Part shown: positions 1-9,854 of the stretch, piece by piece
Position numbering within the stretch: the stretch's first letter is position 1
How the letters are laid out: each line of letters opens with the position of its first letter
Source of the DNA: an uncultured Phycisphaerales bacterium
Lineage (GTDB): Bacteria > Planctomycetota > Phycisphaerae > Tepidisphaerales > Tepidisphaeraceae
Reading direction: 5' to 3'
Assembly (NCBI GenBank): GCA_963755915.1
Contig: CAVWLP010000002.1
Coordinates: forward strand, 1,408,001 to 1,472,000
DNA length: 64,000 bases
Made by a program: the position numbers and the translations under genes
Notes under the pieces: model-generated
What the model saw: only the letters and a program-made list of their open reading frames with translations
What the model was told of the DNA's origin: nothing
Database searches by the model: none

Positions 1-187
1 CAAACGCGGTTATGCACATCGCTTTCGGCCTGGAGCACCAGCCACTTGCCGTCGCGCACCAGGCCGTCGGTCCGGAAAATGTCGTCAGGGGTTATGCTGG
101 TGGTGTCCGCGCGGATTGCCGCTGCCGCTGTTGCGACCAGGCGCAAATCGCGACGCGAAAGAACCCCGATTTCCCTTTTGTAAGCAT
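1..187 (-). CDS. 5' part of a probable secreted protein running off the window edge (apparent frameshift in signal region)
   Basis: ATG at 187 (MLTKGKSGFF...), then another frame reads LVATAAAAIRADTTSITPDDIFRTDGLVRDGKWLVLQAES to the edge; co-oriented with the gsp cluster. Confidence 0.35.
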
Positions 188-242
188 TGGACGCTGAAAC
201 GATACCACACCGTGGCGAAGTATGTCTATTGGATTCAGCGAT

Positions 243-776
243 CTACTGATCCAGGGTATGAAACGTCTGAAACGCCGAATCGGGAATGCATTCCACATCG
301 ACGTTGAGTGCTTCGCCCGAGCGGGGGAGGGTCATGAACAGGCACCATCGTTTGCCGTTAATGAGGGTGGAGTCGTACACGATGATGCATTTGTCGCCGG
401 TTTGCGGCGGCCAGAGGCCCGGGGCGACGAAACCGAATGCCTGCCCGGTAGAGGCTGAGTTAAACCGGAGATCCTCGCCGCCGGGGAGGTTGCGGAGCTC
501 ATCGAGCGATGCCGGCATGTGGTCGTTCTCGCGGTAGTAGAGGAGGACGTACCCGCCGATGTCCTGCAGGCGACTGGCGGTTGGATCGGTGGAGACGATG
601 TCATCCGGTGTGAGGACCTGATTGGTGGGGGAGAGCGATTCCGGCGCCCGGCTGAAATCGACGCGCGTCGGGCCGGAGGGAACCACCGTCGCCGGCGGAG
701 GCTGCTGCTGGCAACCGAACAGCGCGAGGAGGCCGACGATTGCGAGCGAGCAGCGAAGATTCAATCGGGCAAACAT
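243..776 (-). CDS. Hypothetical lipoprotein directly downstream of the secretin
   Basis: Signal peptide with lipobox-like LFGC; 29 bp gap after gspD. Confidence 0.7.
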   Translation of the reverse strand: MFARLNLRCSLAIVGLLALFGCQQQPPPATVVPSGPTRVDFSRAPESLSPTNQVLTPDDIVSTDPTASRLQDIGGYVLLYYRENDHMPASLDELRNLPGGEDLRFNSASTGQAFGFVAPGLWPPQTGDKCIIVYDSTLINGKRWCLFMTLPRSGEALNVDVECIPDSAFQTFHTLDQ

Positions 777-805
777 CGGGAGTACTCCATTGCCTCCATC
801 TTATC

Positions 806-3280
806 TTAATGGCCGGGCTGCGGCGGTTCCATCCAGTCGCGCTGCACGGTCGGGGGGGGAATATACATCGGAGAGGGCTGGGTTGACGCATTCCCGCGCT
901 GCATGCCGCGCAGCTGTTCCTGGAATATTCCGGGCTCGACGGCGTTGGGCGTGAGGCGCAGGCCCCTCATTTCATCGTTGGTCATGGGCCGCAGGGTGTC
1001 CGGCTCGGCCGCGACGTGCGGGGTGAGGAAGATCAGCAGCTCGGTCTTCTGCTTGGAAATTGTATTGTAGGAGAAAAGGAGCTTACCAATGACAGGGATG
1101 TCGCCCAGAAGCGGGATCTTGTTAAAATTCTCAGTTTTTTCGTCCTGCATGAGCCCGCCAATGACAACGGTCTGGCCGTCTCGCACGGTGAGGTAACTGT
1201 CGGCGGAACGAACATCGAACACTGGCAAACTCACGCCCTGCTGGATGGTAACCGTCTGGTCGGTGAGCGAGGAAATCTGTGGCGAGACCAGCATCGTCAC
1301 GAGTCCTTCAGGGTTGATGTGGGGAGTGACGGTGAGAATGATGCCGATGTCCTGGTATTGCGCGCTGTTGGTGATTCCGCCGTTCTCATTGACGAAGGTG
1401 TTGGTGATGAAGGGGACTTCGCTGCCGACGGTGATGTCGGCTTCCTGGTTGTCGCTGGTGAGAATGTAGGGGCGAGAGAGGACGTCGAGGCGATTTTCCT
1501 GGGCGAGGGCCTGCAATTTTAGATAGACGTCGTTTTCGAGGAGCGAGACGACCATACCACCTGGAGTGGACGTTGAGGCCGCGGCCGCGGCGGCGCCGAG
1601 GGTGCTGTTGATGGTTCCTTCCTTGCCGGTGCGGCTGATGTCGACGAGGGAGAAGTCGGTGCCGAAGTCGAGATTGTTGGCGTGGGTGACTTCGGCGATG
1701 AGGACCTTAATCAGGACCTGCTGCACGCGGCTATCGAGCTGGTCGATCACGTCGCGCACCTGCTTTTCATATTTGGCCGCCGTCGCGACGAGCAGCGAGT
1801 TGGTGTCCTGATCGGCGACGACGTAAACCTGTCCGATGAGCTGGGCAACGCCGGTGAGGTTGGACGCGTTGACGGACGCGGAGGCGCCTCCGCCGAATCC
1901 GGTGGTGAGTCCGCCGCTGGTGCTACCGAGGGTTCGATTGGCGGCGTTGAGGGTGCTGTTTGAGCCGAAGCTGCTGCCGCCGAGGGAGCCTCCGCCACCG
2001 CCGCCGCCAAATGCACCGCCGCCTCCTCCGCCGCCCCCGCCCCCGCCGAAGCCGCTGCTGCCGGAGACGCGGTTACCGGTTCCGCTGGAGAATTGTGAGC
2101 GGTTTGCGGTGCTGCTGCTGGCGGTGGTGCCGCTGAACAGGCCGTTGAGGGTGGAGGCCATATCTACTGCCTGGCCGTTTTTGACGCGATATATGAAGAA
2201 GTCCTGCTCGGCGGCGGGGTTTGAGTCGAGCTGGGTGAGAACGCCGTCGATGATGGCGAGCGTATCGGGAGGTCCGGAAACGACGATGGTGTTGGTGCGT
2301 TCGTCTGCGGAGGCTTCAACGTGGCCGGTATTGCCGGATTCCTGCTGCGCCGCCGCGGCCGCGCCGCCGCCGGGTCCACCGCCGAAGCCGCCGCCTCCAA
2401 AACCGCCCCCTCCAAATCCCCCGCCTCCTCCAAATCGGCCTCCGCCGCCTCCTGCACCGCCGCCACCGGCTCCGCCGCCGCCGCCCAAACGGAAGAACGG
2501 GTTGTTGCCGAATGGGCTGGCCTGCTGCGTCGTCTCCTGCGGGCTGAAAATATCCATGATGAGCTTCGCCGCCGCGGTGGCATCGGCATATTTCAACTGC
2601 TTCACGCGGATGTCACTGGCGGCCGATTCGTGCTTGTCCATTCCCGCGATGATCGACACAACGCGCCGCACGTTGGTTGACGTGTCGGTGATGATCAGCG
2701 TGTTGCTGGCCGCGTTGGCGGTGAGGTCGGCATCCGTGCTCACCATCGGTGCGAGGTCGGTCTTCAGTTTCACGGCGTCAACGTTGCGGACGGGGATCAC
2801 CTGCGTGATGAGCTGATCGGTGTCCTCGATCTGGTCCGGGTCTTCGCCGAAACGGACGGGGATGTTGGCCTTCTTGGCGTTGGCCAGGGTGTCGATCTTC
2901 AGCTCGTTGCCCATCTGGATGGCGATGAACCCGTCCGCCTTCAGGGCGCTGTTCAGATAGACGACGGCTTGTTCCGGCGTGATCGGCGTCGGGCTGAGCA
3001 TCGTCACGCGACCGGTGACGGGAACGATCGGCACGACGACGAACTTGGCGTTGGTGGCGAGATAATCGAGCACGGCAGAGATGTCGGCGTCCTTGAAGTT
3101 GAAGCTGATGAGGCGCGATTCGGGCTGGGTGGTGGGAAGGGCGACCGGATTGCTCGAGACAATGACCCCCCCATCCGGCTGCGTCGTGGCGGCATCCTGC
3201 GCGGCGCAGAGGCTTGAAAAGGTCGCCACCAGCGCGACGGAGCCGACAAAAGATGCCAAACCGCCAAAATGCCGATTCAT
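806..3280 (-). CDS. gspD: Type II secretion secretin GspD with Gly-rich inserts
   Basis: N0 motif FNFKDADISAVL, repeated N domains (ADERTNTIVV, ADQDTNSLLV), secretin core (QVLIKVLIAEV; VRDGQTVVIGGL; KIPLLGDIPVIGKLLF; KTELLIFLTPH). Confidence 0.93.
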   Translation of the reverse strand: MNRHFGGLASFVGSVALVATFSSLCAAQDAATTQPDGGVIVSSNPVALPTTQPESRLISFNFKDADISAVLDYLATNAKFVVVPIVPVTGRVTMLSPTPITPEQAVVYLNSALKADGFIAIQMGNELKIDTLANAKKANIPVRFGEDPDQIEDTDQLITQVIPVRNVDAVKLKTDLAPMVSTDADLTANAASNTLIITDTSTNVRRVVSIIAGMDKHESAASDIRVKQLKYADATAAAKLIMDIFSPQETTQQASPFGNNPFFRLGGGGGAGGGGAGGGGGRFGGGGGFGGGGFGGGGFGGGPGGGAAAAAQQESGNTGHVEASADERTNTIVVSGPPDTLAIIDGVLTQLDSNPAAEQDFFIYRVKNGQAVDMASTLNGLFSGTTASSSTANRSQFSSGTGNRVSGSSGFGGGGGGGGGGGAFGGGGGGGSLGGSSFGSNSTLNAANRTLGSTSGGLTTGFGGGASASVNASNLTGVAQLIGQVYVVADQDTNSLLVATAAKYEKQVRDVIDQLDSRVQQVLIKVLIAEVTHANNLDFGTDFSLVDISRTGKEGTINSTLGAAAAAASTSTPGGMVVSLLENDVYLKLQALAQENRLDVLSRPYILTSDNQEADITVGSEVPFITNTFVNENGGITNSAQYQDIGIILTVTPHINPEGLVTMLVSPQISSLTDQTVTIQQGVSLPVFDVRSADSYLTVRDGQTVVIGGLMQDEKTENFNKIPLLGDIPVIGKLLFSYNTISKQKTELLIFLTPHVAAEPDTLRPMTNDEMRGLRLTPNAVEPGIFQEQLRGMQRGNASTQPSPMYIPPPTVQRDWMEPPQPGH

Positions 3281-3410
3281 GATTGCCCTTTCATTCCCAA
3301 TTTATCGGACGTGTGAGTCGAGATTCTGCAATGCCAGACCGGTGTTCGGCCGGCGCGCCCGACGGGATTTTCTCTCGATTCCTGAATCATCGTTTCCCAA
3401 TTAGTTCCAA

Positions 3411-4121
3411 TCAGTGGCCCGTTTCTTCCAGCCGCCGGCGCTTCAAATAATCTTCCATCGATTCCCCCGGAGCCCGTGGGCCGGTGCGTGAAGGCATCGT
3501 TGTGGACGAGGACGACGACGAGGTCGATCCGCCGGATTGGTTGCCCGAGACTCCCCAGACATCTCCGCCGGCGAGGTTAAAGCCGACGTTGACGCGGATC
3601 GTCCGCCCGGCGGCGTCCTGATAGTCCAGCGAATCAAGCGTGATACTGACGACCTTGCCCGCGGCGATTTTCTGGCCAATCGCCACCTGCGTGACGCTGT
3701 TGGCCCCCTGATCTTCCAGGAACGCGACCCGGCCATAGTCCGACAGCGAAACGCCGGTCAGCACAAGGTCGTTGGCCGTCGGCGTGTAGTTGTAGGGCAG
3801 CGGCTGCGACGGAGCCACCGGCTGCGGCGGCAGGCTGCGCTGATTGCCGCGGATGAAGATATTGCGGCTGCCGACTTCCTCGGTGATCGCGGGGAGATTC
3901 GTCGAGATTTGCTGCTGGCTGTTCTGATCGCGCCCAAAGCGCCGTGAATATCGTCGGTTTCGGTATTCGCCGTTGCCGCCGTTATTGCCATTGCCGTCAT
4001 TTTCAAAATTCGATCGGCGTGTCGTCGGCTGCTCCTGGACGGATAGGTCCGGACGCGTGGAGACATCAGCCGCCATCGCGGCGGTGGCGCACAGAAAAAT
4101 CAAAAGCGCGGCCCGTTTCAT
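3411..4121 (-). CDS. Secreted protein in T2SS cluster, GspC/PilP-like position
   Basis: Signal peptide; LVLTGV..GRVAFLED..GKVVSITLDSL resembles the GspC HR/PilP fold; overlaps upstream gene by 4 bp. Confidence 0.55.
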   Translation of the reverse strand: MKRAALLIFLCATAAMAADVSTRPDLSVQEQPTTRRSNFENDGNGNNGGNGEYRNRRYSRRFGRDQNSQQQISTNLPAITEEVGSRNIFIRGNQRSLPPQPVAPSQPLPYNYTPTANDLVLTGVSLSDYGRVAFLEDQGANSVTQVAIGQKIAAGKVVSITLDSLDYQDAAGRTIRVNVGFNLAGGDVWGVSGNQSGGSTSSSSSSTTMPSRTGPRAPGESMEDYLKRRRLEETGH

Positions 4122-4726
4122 TGGAATCCTTCCAGGTCGTTGAACATATCGCCACCAGTATTGTTGCCGGAAGAATTGGGCCCCGTTGGCGGCATGTACA
4201 GAGCCGAGACCAGCAGCTTCACGTTCAGTTGATCGGTTCCCTCCCGGGACGATTGGAAATGGACGTCGCTCAGACGGATCGGAATCGCGGCGCTTTCGAT
4301 CGAATAAAGGAAGCGGGCGATGTGGCGCATCCCCTGGTCGCCTTCGGCGTTGAACTCCAAGTTGAAATTGATGCTCTGGAACGGCGACCCCTTTTGTGCA
4401 GGCACAGGGTCGGACCGAACATTTTCGATGTTAATCTGCGCGTCGCGGGCCCAGTTCTGGAGCATCTGCTGCGTGCGGCTCTGGGCCGTCGAATAGTCGG
4501 CCTGAAGGCCGTTTTGCATCATCACGTTCCAGTCGGGCACTTTCTTGGCTTGCAGGAGGAGCAAATCGGAGTTGTCGCCGATGGTTTTTCGGGCTGTATT
4601 CTCTTCGGTCTTGAGCTCATTGGACCTGTCAAAATAGGGACCGATCACGATGTAATAGATCACCAGGGCCGCGATCAGCCCGACGGCTCCCATTACCAGA
4701 TATCTTTCACGCTTCGATAAAACCAC
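4118..4726 (-). CDS. gspM: GspM/PilO-like inner membrane platform protein
   Basis: LSKRERYLV N-terminus, single TM, coiled coil, ferredoxin-like C-terminus (ARFLYSIES). Confidence 0.75.
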   Translation of the reverse strand: MVLSKRERYLVMGAVGLIAALVIYYIVIGPYFDRSNELKTEENTARKTIGDNSDLLLLQAKKVPDWNVMMQNGLQADYSTAQSRTQQMLQNWARDAQINIENVRSDPVPAQKGSPFQSINFNLEFNAEGDQGMRHIARFLYSIESAAIPIRLSDVHFQSSREGTDQLNVKLLVSALYMPPTGPNSSGNNTGGDMFNDLEGFQ

Positions 4727-4752
4727 GTCTGCTCCAGTTCGATTGACTCAAT

Positions 4753-6258
4753 TCATTTCGCCGGTTTCGTTGGGGTTGGCTCGGGGGCGCTGGGCGGCTC
4801 GTAACCGTAGGCAATCGAGAAGGTGTATTCGTCGCTCCGTGGCACCTTGGCTTCGCCCCCCGGGCGGATGTCCTTGAACACCGTCGGACTGCGCCGCATG
4901 CGATCTTCCAGCGCCGTCACGCTTTCGATCGCCCCCGTGTGGCCCTGCAGCGAAACGTAAAGCGTCTGGTGATCTTCCGCATTGGGAACCGGGCCGGGCT
5001 GATTCGTGCCGTTGCTCGTCGGCGGCGGCTCAGCCTTGATTTCCAGGCTCGTGGCGTAGGTCTGCCCGTCCTCGGGGATGAGCGAATTCAGATCGCGCAT
5101 GCAATCGAGATAACGCGGCGTGGCGTTGTGCCAGTATTGCGCCAGCGTTGCCTTGTAGACGAAATCCTTGGCCTGCCCGACTTTCGCGGATTGCCCATCG
5201 ATCTGAGATTGAAGGCCGGCCAGCACCTGCTCTTCCTTCGAGAGATCGAGATAAGCGTAGATACCGAAGGCAATCAGCAGCGCCGCGGCAGCGCTCGCAA
5301 AATACGCCCAGCGCGGGATGTGATGCTCCTTTGGCGGAGCCAGCCGCGAATGCAGGAAGTCGATGGAGGACGCACCGGCGTCCATCCCCGAAAGCGCCAG
5401 CGCGACCGCCGAGGCAAATTTCGGACCCTGCCCGTTGATGCCTGCGCCGCCGGATTCGACGCCGAGCGTGTCCAGATCGCCCCGGCGGATGCTGAGTCCG
5501 ATCTGCTCGCCGAGGCTCGCCGCATCCAGTTCCGTCGCATCCCACAGGATCATTTCGCTGTGCCCGTTGGACGTTCCCAGCGTGGAGACCGCCCGGCGAA
5601 GCTCACTCACAAACGGCGGCTGCGGATTGGAGGGGCGGAGATTTCGGACCGAAGTCGCAGTCGCCTGCCGCTGCGACGAAAGCTCCGATGCGCCGGCGCC
5701 TGACGCAAGGACCAAAACATCCCGCTTTAGTGCCGAGCCGGTGATCGAGCCCAGCGCCATCGCCGAAGGCATGATTGCCAGTGGTTGAAGCCGGGCCCCG
5801 TCGCATAGCGTTTCGATGGCGTCGATATATTTCTTAGGCGTTGCCGCGAGGAGAACGGTTCGGCTCGCGCTGCCCTGAGCCGGCTCGCCGGCGAAGTCGT
5901 AAACCAGGTCCTTCAGCTCGGTCGAGAATTCCGATTCCGCTTCGAGCCGCAGAAGCTGGGCGACCGTGGCGTCATCCGCGGGCGGCACTTCCTTCGGTTT
6001 GACCACCAGCCATTTCAGCGGAATGCCGATGACCGCTGCACGCGTCGCGAATTCATTATCCTTCAAAAAATGCGAAAGTGCCTTGGCCAACTCCGCGGGC
6101 TGTTCGAGGGAAATCCCCTCGGGATAGATCATCTCCGCAAGCCGGTGTACCTGCGGGCGTCCCTCGGCCGCGACAACTTCGGCGGCCAGGAGCGACCGCT
6201 CACCCAGTGCCAGGCCAAGGATTTTTTTGTTCCGTGTTGGTTTCAAGGACTTCCTCAT
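4753..6258 (-). CDS. gspL: GspL / PilM-PilN-like fusion
   Basis: Actin-like N-terminus (ILGLALGERSLLAAEV; LVYDF), IDFL motif, TM, periplasmic coiled coil; ATG at 6258 overlaps the gspK stop. Confidence 0.75.
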   Translation of the reverse strand: MRKSLKPTRNKKILGLALGERSLLAAEVVAAEGRPQVHRLAEMIYPEGISLEQPAELAKALSHFLKDNEFATRAAVIGIPLKWLVVKPKEVPPADDATVAQLLRLEAESEFSTELKDLVYDFAGEPAQGSASRTVLLAATPKKYIDAIETLCDGARLQPLAIMPSAMALGSITGSALKRDVLVLASGAGASELSSQRQATATSVRNLRPSNPQPPFVSELRRAVSTLGTSNGHSEMILWDATELDAASLGEQIGLSIRRGDLDTLGVESGGAGINGQGPKFASAVALALSGMDAGASSIDFLHSRLAPPKEHHIPRWAYFASAAAALLIAFGIYAYLDLSKEEQVLAGLQSQIDGQSAKVGQAKDFVYKATLAQYWHNATPRYLDCMRDLNSLIPEDGQTYATSLEIKAEPPPTSNGTNQPGPVPNAEDHQTLYVSLQGHTGAIESVTALEDRMRRSPTVFKDIRPGGEAKVPRSDEYTFSIAYGYEPPSAPEPTPTKPAK

Positions 6259-7535
6259 TTGGTGTTCTGCCCAACCGTTGCCGCCGAGGCCAACTGCGTT
6301 CCCAGCCATCCCAGCGGTAGCTGCTGCTTCTCGACGAGCTGCTGGAATTGCGTCTGGGAAATCATCGGCGCCAAGGGCCAGCCGTAGGCCGTTAAATCTT
6401 TTCGATAGATGATCACCGACGGCGGCGTGGTGCTGCCGGTCGAGGAGGCCAGCGGGTTGTACTGGCTCGCATCGACGACGATGCGCACGCGCTTGAAAGC
6501 CCGCCCGTCGCTGCTCACCGCGACGATGTCGGCGGAGTAGCGCGTCGATGAGCCGGTGAGATAATTCCCCAGTCCCGGCGCCATGGACGCTGCCCAGTTG
6601 GCGCTGCTGCCGCTGCTGCTGGAATTCGCCTCCCGGTTTTCAATGATGTTTTCCGCCTGCGATTCCGTCATGCCCAGCGCCTCTAGCACCGGCTCGGTGG
6701 CGGTGAAGGCGTTGATCTGGTACTGGGCCGGCTGTGGGGGCCGCGCCCTCGTGTTAGCGGCCCCTTTCAGCGAATAGACCGTCAGGTAGCTGGATATCCC
6801 CGGATTGCTGTTGTTCAGCAGCGAGCTCCCGGAGGACATCGATGTCTGCCCCATCTGCCCGTTGGCATATTCCCACATCAGCGTATTCCGGTGCGTGTCG
6901 CTTCCCCAGAGCAGTTGCGGCATCAGCATCTCCTGAACTTCCGAAGGGAAGCCGATCAACTGAAGCTCCTCGAGCGTCTCCAGCGGGGCTTCCTTGACCT
7001 GGTACGGCTCGGGCATCTGCGAATAGTCGGTGCTGGTGGCGCCGTCGCCGCCGGAGGTCGATGTGCCGTTTCTCCAGGCCGATATCGAAGCGGGAATATC
7101 GCTGATGTCGTAGGTTTCGTTGATGTTCAGCGCCTGCACTAGCGTCGGAATGTCGTTGTCGAGCGTGGTGGAGTTGACGTTGAGCTTGCCGAATTCATCC
7201 GTGATGCCGCACACGGGGCCGCCGCTGATCTGGCTCAGGTCGGCGGGAAGGATCCAGAAATATCCCGGCTTTTCGCTGCCGTCCGAAGGGAGCGGAATCG
7301 TGTCGGTCTGCACTTCGGTGCAAATCGTGTACGCGTCCGGGCGGTAGGCGTCGATCTGGGCGAGCACGAACTGCTCGGCCCCCAGCTCGATGGCCTCTGC
7401 CTGCGCCTGGCCGCGCCGATTGGCCGACTGAAGCGCCTCGGTGCGCATGCTGTTGGCGAAGACCAGTGCCAGCCCGGTGAGAATCACAATGATTCCCAGG
7501 GCCATGACGAAGATCATTCCGTGCCGGCGCCTCAT
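6255..7535 (-). CDS. gspK: Minor pseudopilin GspK
   Basis: RRHG/MIFVMAL leader, DEFGKLNVN, LETLEELQLI, INAFTATEPVLEAL. Confidence 0.85.
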   Translation of the reverse strand: MRRRHGMIFVMALGIIVILTGLALVFANSMRTEALQSANRRGQAQAEAIELGAEQFVLAQIDAYRPDAYTICTEVQTDTIPLPSDGSEKPGYFWILPADLSQISGGPVCGITDEFGKLNVNSTTLDNDIPTLVQALNINETYDISDIPASISAWRNGTSTSGGDGATSTDYSQMPEPYQVKEAPLETLEELQLIGFPSEVQEMLMPQLLWGSDTHRNTLMWEYANGQMGQTSMSSGSSLLNNSNPGISSYLTVYSLKGAANTRARPPQPAQYQINAFTATEPVLEALGMTESQAENIIENREANSSSSGSSANWAASMAPGLGNYLTGSSTRYSADIVAVSSDGRAFKRVRIVVDASQYNPLASSTGSTTPPSVIIYRKDLTAYGWPLAPMISQTQFQQLVEKQQLPLGWLGTQLASAATVGQNTK

Positions 7536-8347
7536 TCGGTCGTGCCCCCGTTCACGTTGCTGTCCAGCGCCGCAGAAGAGCAGGGGAGCATGACCACGCG
7601 CGAATAAATCGTTCCCGGCACGGCCCGGCTATTGGTCGTTGTCTGATTCAGCGAAAGCGTGATCCTCACCGCGGCAGGAATGACCGGATCGGTTTCCTGC
7701 GACGAATCCCAGGTCTGGTCGCTGCTGAGATCGTTGCCGGCCGGCATCGTGCCATTCACCGAATACTGCACGACAAACTGTGAGACATTGCGGCAAACCA
7801 CCTCTTCGTCCACCGAGCCAAGTTGTCCCGTCGCCGGCAGAAGATTTCTAGTCACCCGGCGAACCAGAACCTGCTCATTGGTGCCGATCGGCTGCACGAC
7901 CTTGTATTCCACGCATTTCACCTCGCCGTTGGCCGAGGTGTGAACCGGGCTGTCGGACGTGGTGAAGAAGACCACGTCATCCGCCGGCTCGCCGCCGGAG
8001 CCGGTCGTCTGGGTGCCCAGGAAAGCGGTGGTCTCGTTGTTGTTCGCCGGATTCGCCATGCCGATCAGCGTCAGCGTGTTGCCGGTGTTCTGTCCCTTGT
8101 TCGTCGTCGCCGGCGCCTGCTGAAGGGCGTTGGAAAGATCATCCGCGATCCGGTCCAGCGCCGTGCAGGCCTGATCGACCGGCGGAAGATTGGCGTCCGC
8201 CTGATGGACGGCATGATAGGCCGTCCACAGCGTCGATGTCAGCGACGCCGCGATAATCACCACCATCGCCAGGGCGATGAGCATCTCGATCAGCGTAAAC
8301 CCGCGGATGCTGCGCGATGCATGAGAATGTTTTGTTGCCGTCATCAT
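7532..8347 (-). CDS. gspJ: Minor pseudopilin GspJ
   Basis: RG/FTLIEMLIAL prepilin motif; C-terminal IPAAVRITL. Confidence 0.8.
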   Translation of the reverse strand: MMTATKHSHASRSIRGFTLIEMLIALAMVVIIAASLTSTLWTAYHAVHQADANLPPVDQACTALDRIADDLSNALQQAPATTNKGQNTGNTLTLIGMANPANNNETTAFLGTQTTGSGGEPADDVVFFTTSDSPVHTSANGEVKCVEYKVVQPIGTNEQVLVRRVTRNLLPATGQLGSVDEEVVCRNVSQFVVQYSVNGTMPAGNDLSSDQTWDSSQETDPVIPAAVRITLSLNQTTTNSRAVPGTIYSRVVMLPCSSAALDSNVNGGTTE

Positions 8348-8766
8348 TGCTGCGAAGTCTGCGTCAGATGGTTATACGCGAGGCTGGAAAGCATCATCGA
8401 CTCCCGGTGCGAACGCGCCGGCCAGGTGACCGTCAGATGCACTTCCTGCACGTTCATTCCGCTGGTGTCGAGGGAAAACGGGGTAATGGACGATTGCCAC
8501 CGGAAATTGGGAAATCCCTGCTGCGAGAAATCGCCGGCGGAATCTCCGGCGCTCTGGCCCTGAGACATTTCCAGGATGATTTGTGCGAGCTGCGAGCGGG
8601 CCAGTTCCGCCGCCTGGTTGCGGGTGATGGAGGCGCTGCCGGCGGCAAGTGAAATGGTGATCGCGTGCATGATCGCCGGCAGCACCAGGCCGATGAGCAG
8701 CAGCGTGACCAGCGCTTCGATCAGCGTAAAGCCTCCGCGCGAGCGATGAAGAATACGACGATTCAT
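8344..8766 (-). CDS. gspI: Minor pseudopilin GspI
   Basis: GG/FTLIEAL motif, FRWQ..VHLTVTW. Confidence 0.8.
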   Translation of the reverse strand: MNRRILHRSRGGFTLIEALVTLLLIGLVLPAIMHAITISLAAGSASITRNQAAELARSQLAQIILEMSQGQSAGDSAGDFSQQGFPNFRWQSSITPFSLDTSGMNVQEVHLTVTWPARSHRESMMLSSLAYNHLTQTSQQ

Positions 8767-9407
8767 CGCGCGTTCTCCACAACATGGAAGTTTTCGGTCG
8801 GTGAATCACAGGCAATTTCGACGGAATGTCCCGAGTTGTCGCTGACGTGGATGGTCATCGGATCGGTGATGCCGGTGGGGCCGAATTGGATGTAGCTCGT
8901 ATCCGGAGCCAGCGTCCAGAGCGTTTCGCTGCCGCCGCTGGTGCCGTCGAGCAATTGCAACTCGCGCTGAAGCGGCTGCGGCTGCGGATTCAGATTGGGG
9001 TCCCAAGGCAAAAGCGTAATCATGCGCGGCACCGGCTGCCCGCCCATCGCAGCGGAATAGCCCGCCGAAACATTTAGCCCCTGCGGAACCGACACTTCAG
9101 TTGGCGGCGGGGCCGCGGACTGGGATGGATTCTGATTCGCAGCCGGCGCCTGTTCGCCGGGCGCAACCGTTGTAAGCGTGATCTGCTTTGCGCTGAAGAC
9201 AATATAGTAAGCCTGCGCCTCGTTGGTTGATTTCATCCGCGCAAGCTGGCAGAGCCCGACCATCTGCCGGCCGAAATTGTCCACAATCCGGCCCTCCGTG
9301 AAACGGAATAGCGCCGGGGCGAGGATCCCCGCGATGAGCGCGATCACAAACATCACGAGCACCAGCTCGATCAGCGTGAATCCGGGATGTCTGGAGCGAT
9401 TCGTCAT
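8763..9407 (-). CDS. gspH: Minor pseudopilin GspH/FimT-like
   Basis: PG/FTLIELVLV motif, ARMKS, IQFGPTG. Confidence 0.8.
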   Translation of the reverse strand: MTNRSRHPGFTLIELVLVMFVIALIAGILAPALFRFTEGRIVDNFGRQMVGLCQLARMKSTNEAQAYYIVFSAKQITLTTVAPGEQAPAANQNPSQSAAPPPTEVSVPQGLNVSAGYSAAMGGQPVPRMITLLPWDPNLNPQPQPLQRELQLLDGTSGGSETLWTLAPDTSYIQFGPTGITDPMTIHVSDNSGHSVEIACDSPTENFHVVENAR

Positions 9408-9410
9408 GCT

Positions 9411-9845
9411 TCACTGCGGTTTTATGTTGTCCGGATTACCTTCCTGACCGCTCGGCCCCGTGCACAGAAGATCGAAGTCATCCCCCGGCGTATTGCTAGG
9501 GCAGCGATAGACATATGGCCGGCCCCACGGATCAACTGGAACACTGTCGGTATCCAGCGTCTTCTCCCATTTGGGCAGATCCCCCGGATTGTGAATCAAA
9601 GCCGCAAGTCCGTCGGAGCTCGACGGGAATTGTCCATTGTCGATGTAGAACGTGTTCAGCGCGCCCTTCAACGTTGTGAGATCGGCCTGCGCCTTGGTCG
9701 TCTTGGCCTGGGCGAGGTGGCCAATGACCTTGGGAACCAGGATCGTCGCCAGGATGGCGATGATGACCATGACCACCAGAATCTCAATCAGCGTGAATGC
9801 GTTTCTGCGTCGATTTTGTCTGGAATGCAAAACAAGCGAGTTCAT
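9411..9845 (-). CDS. gspG: Major pseudopilin GspG
   Basis: A/FTLIEILVV, ALNTFYIDNGQFP, DPWGRPYVY. Confidence 0.92.
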   Translation of the reverse strand: MNSLVLHSRQNRRRNAFTLIEILVVMVIIAILATILVPKVIGHLAQAKTTKAQADLTTLKGALNTFYIDNGQFPSSSDGLAALIHNPGDLPKWEKTLDTDSVPVDPWGRPYVYRCPSNTPGDDFDLLCTGPSGQEGNPDNIKPQ

Positions 9846-9854
9846 AGGTGCTCC

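Noticed and set aside
1836-2816. Pro-rich 326-aa ORF and other long antisense ORFs (e.g. 29064-30566, 32664-33971, 61999-63081)
   Set aside because: Shadows of real genes on the opposite strand, typical of high-GC DNA
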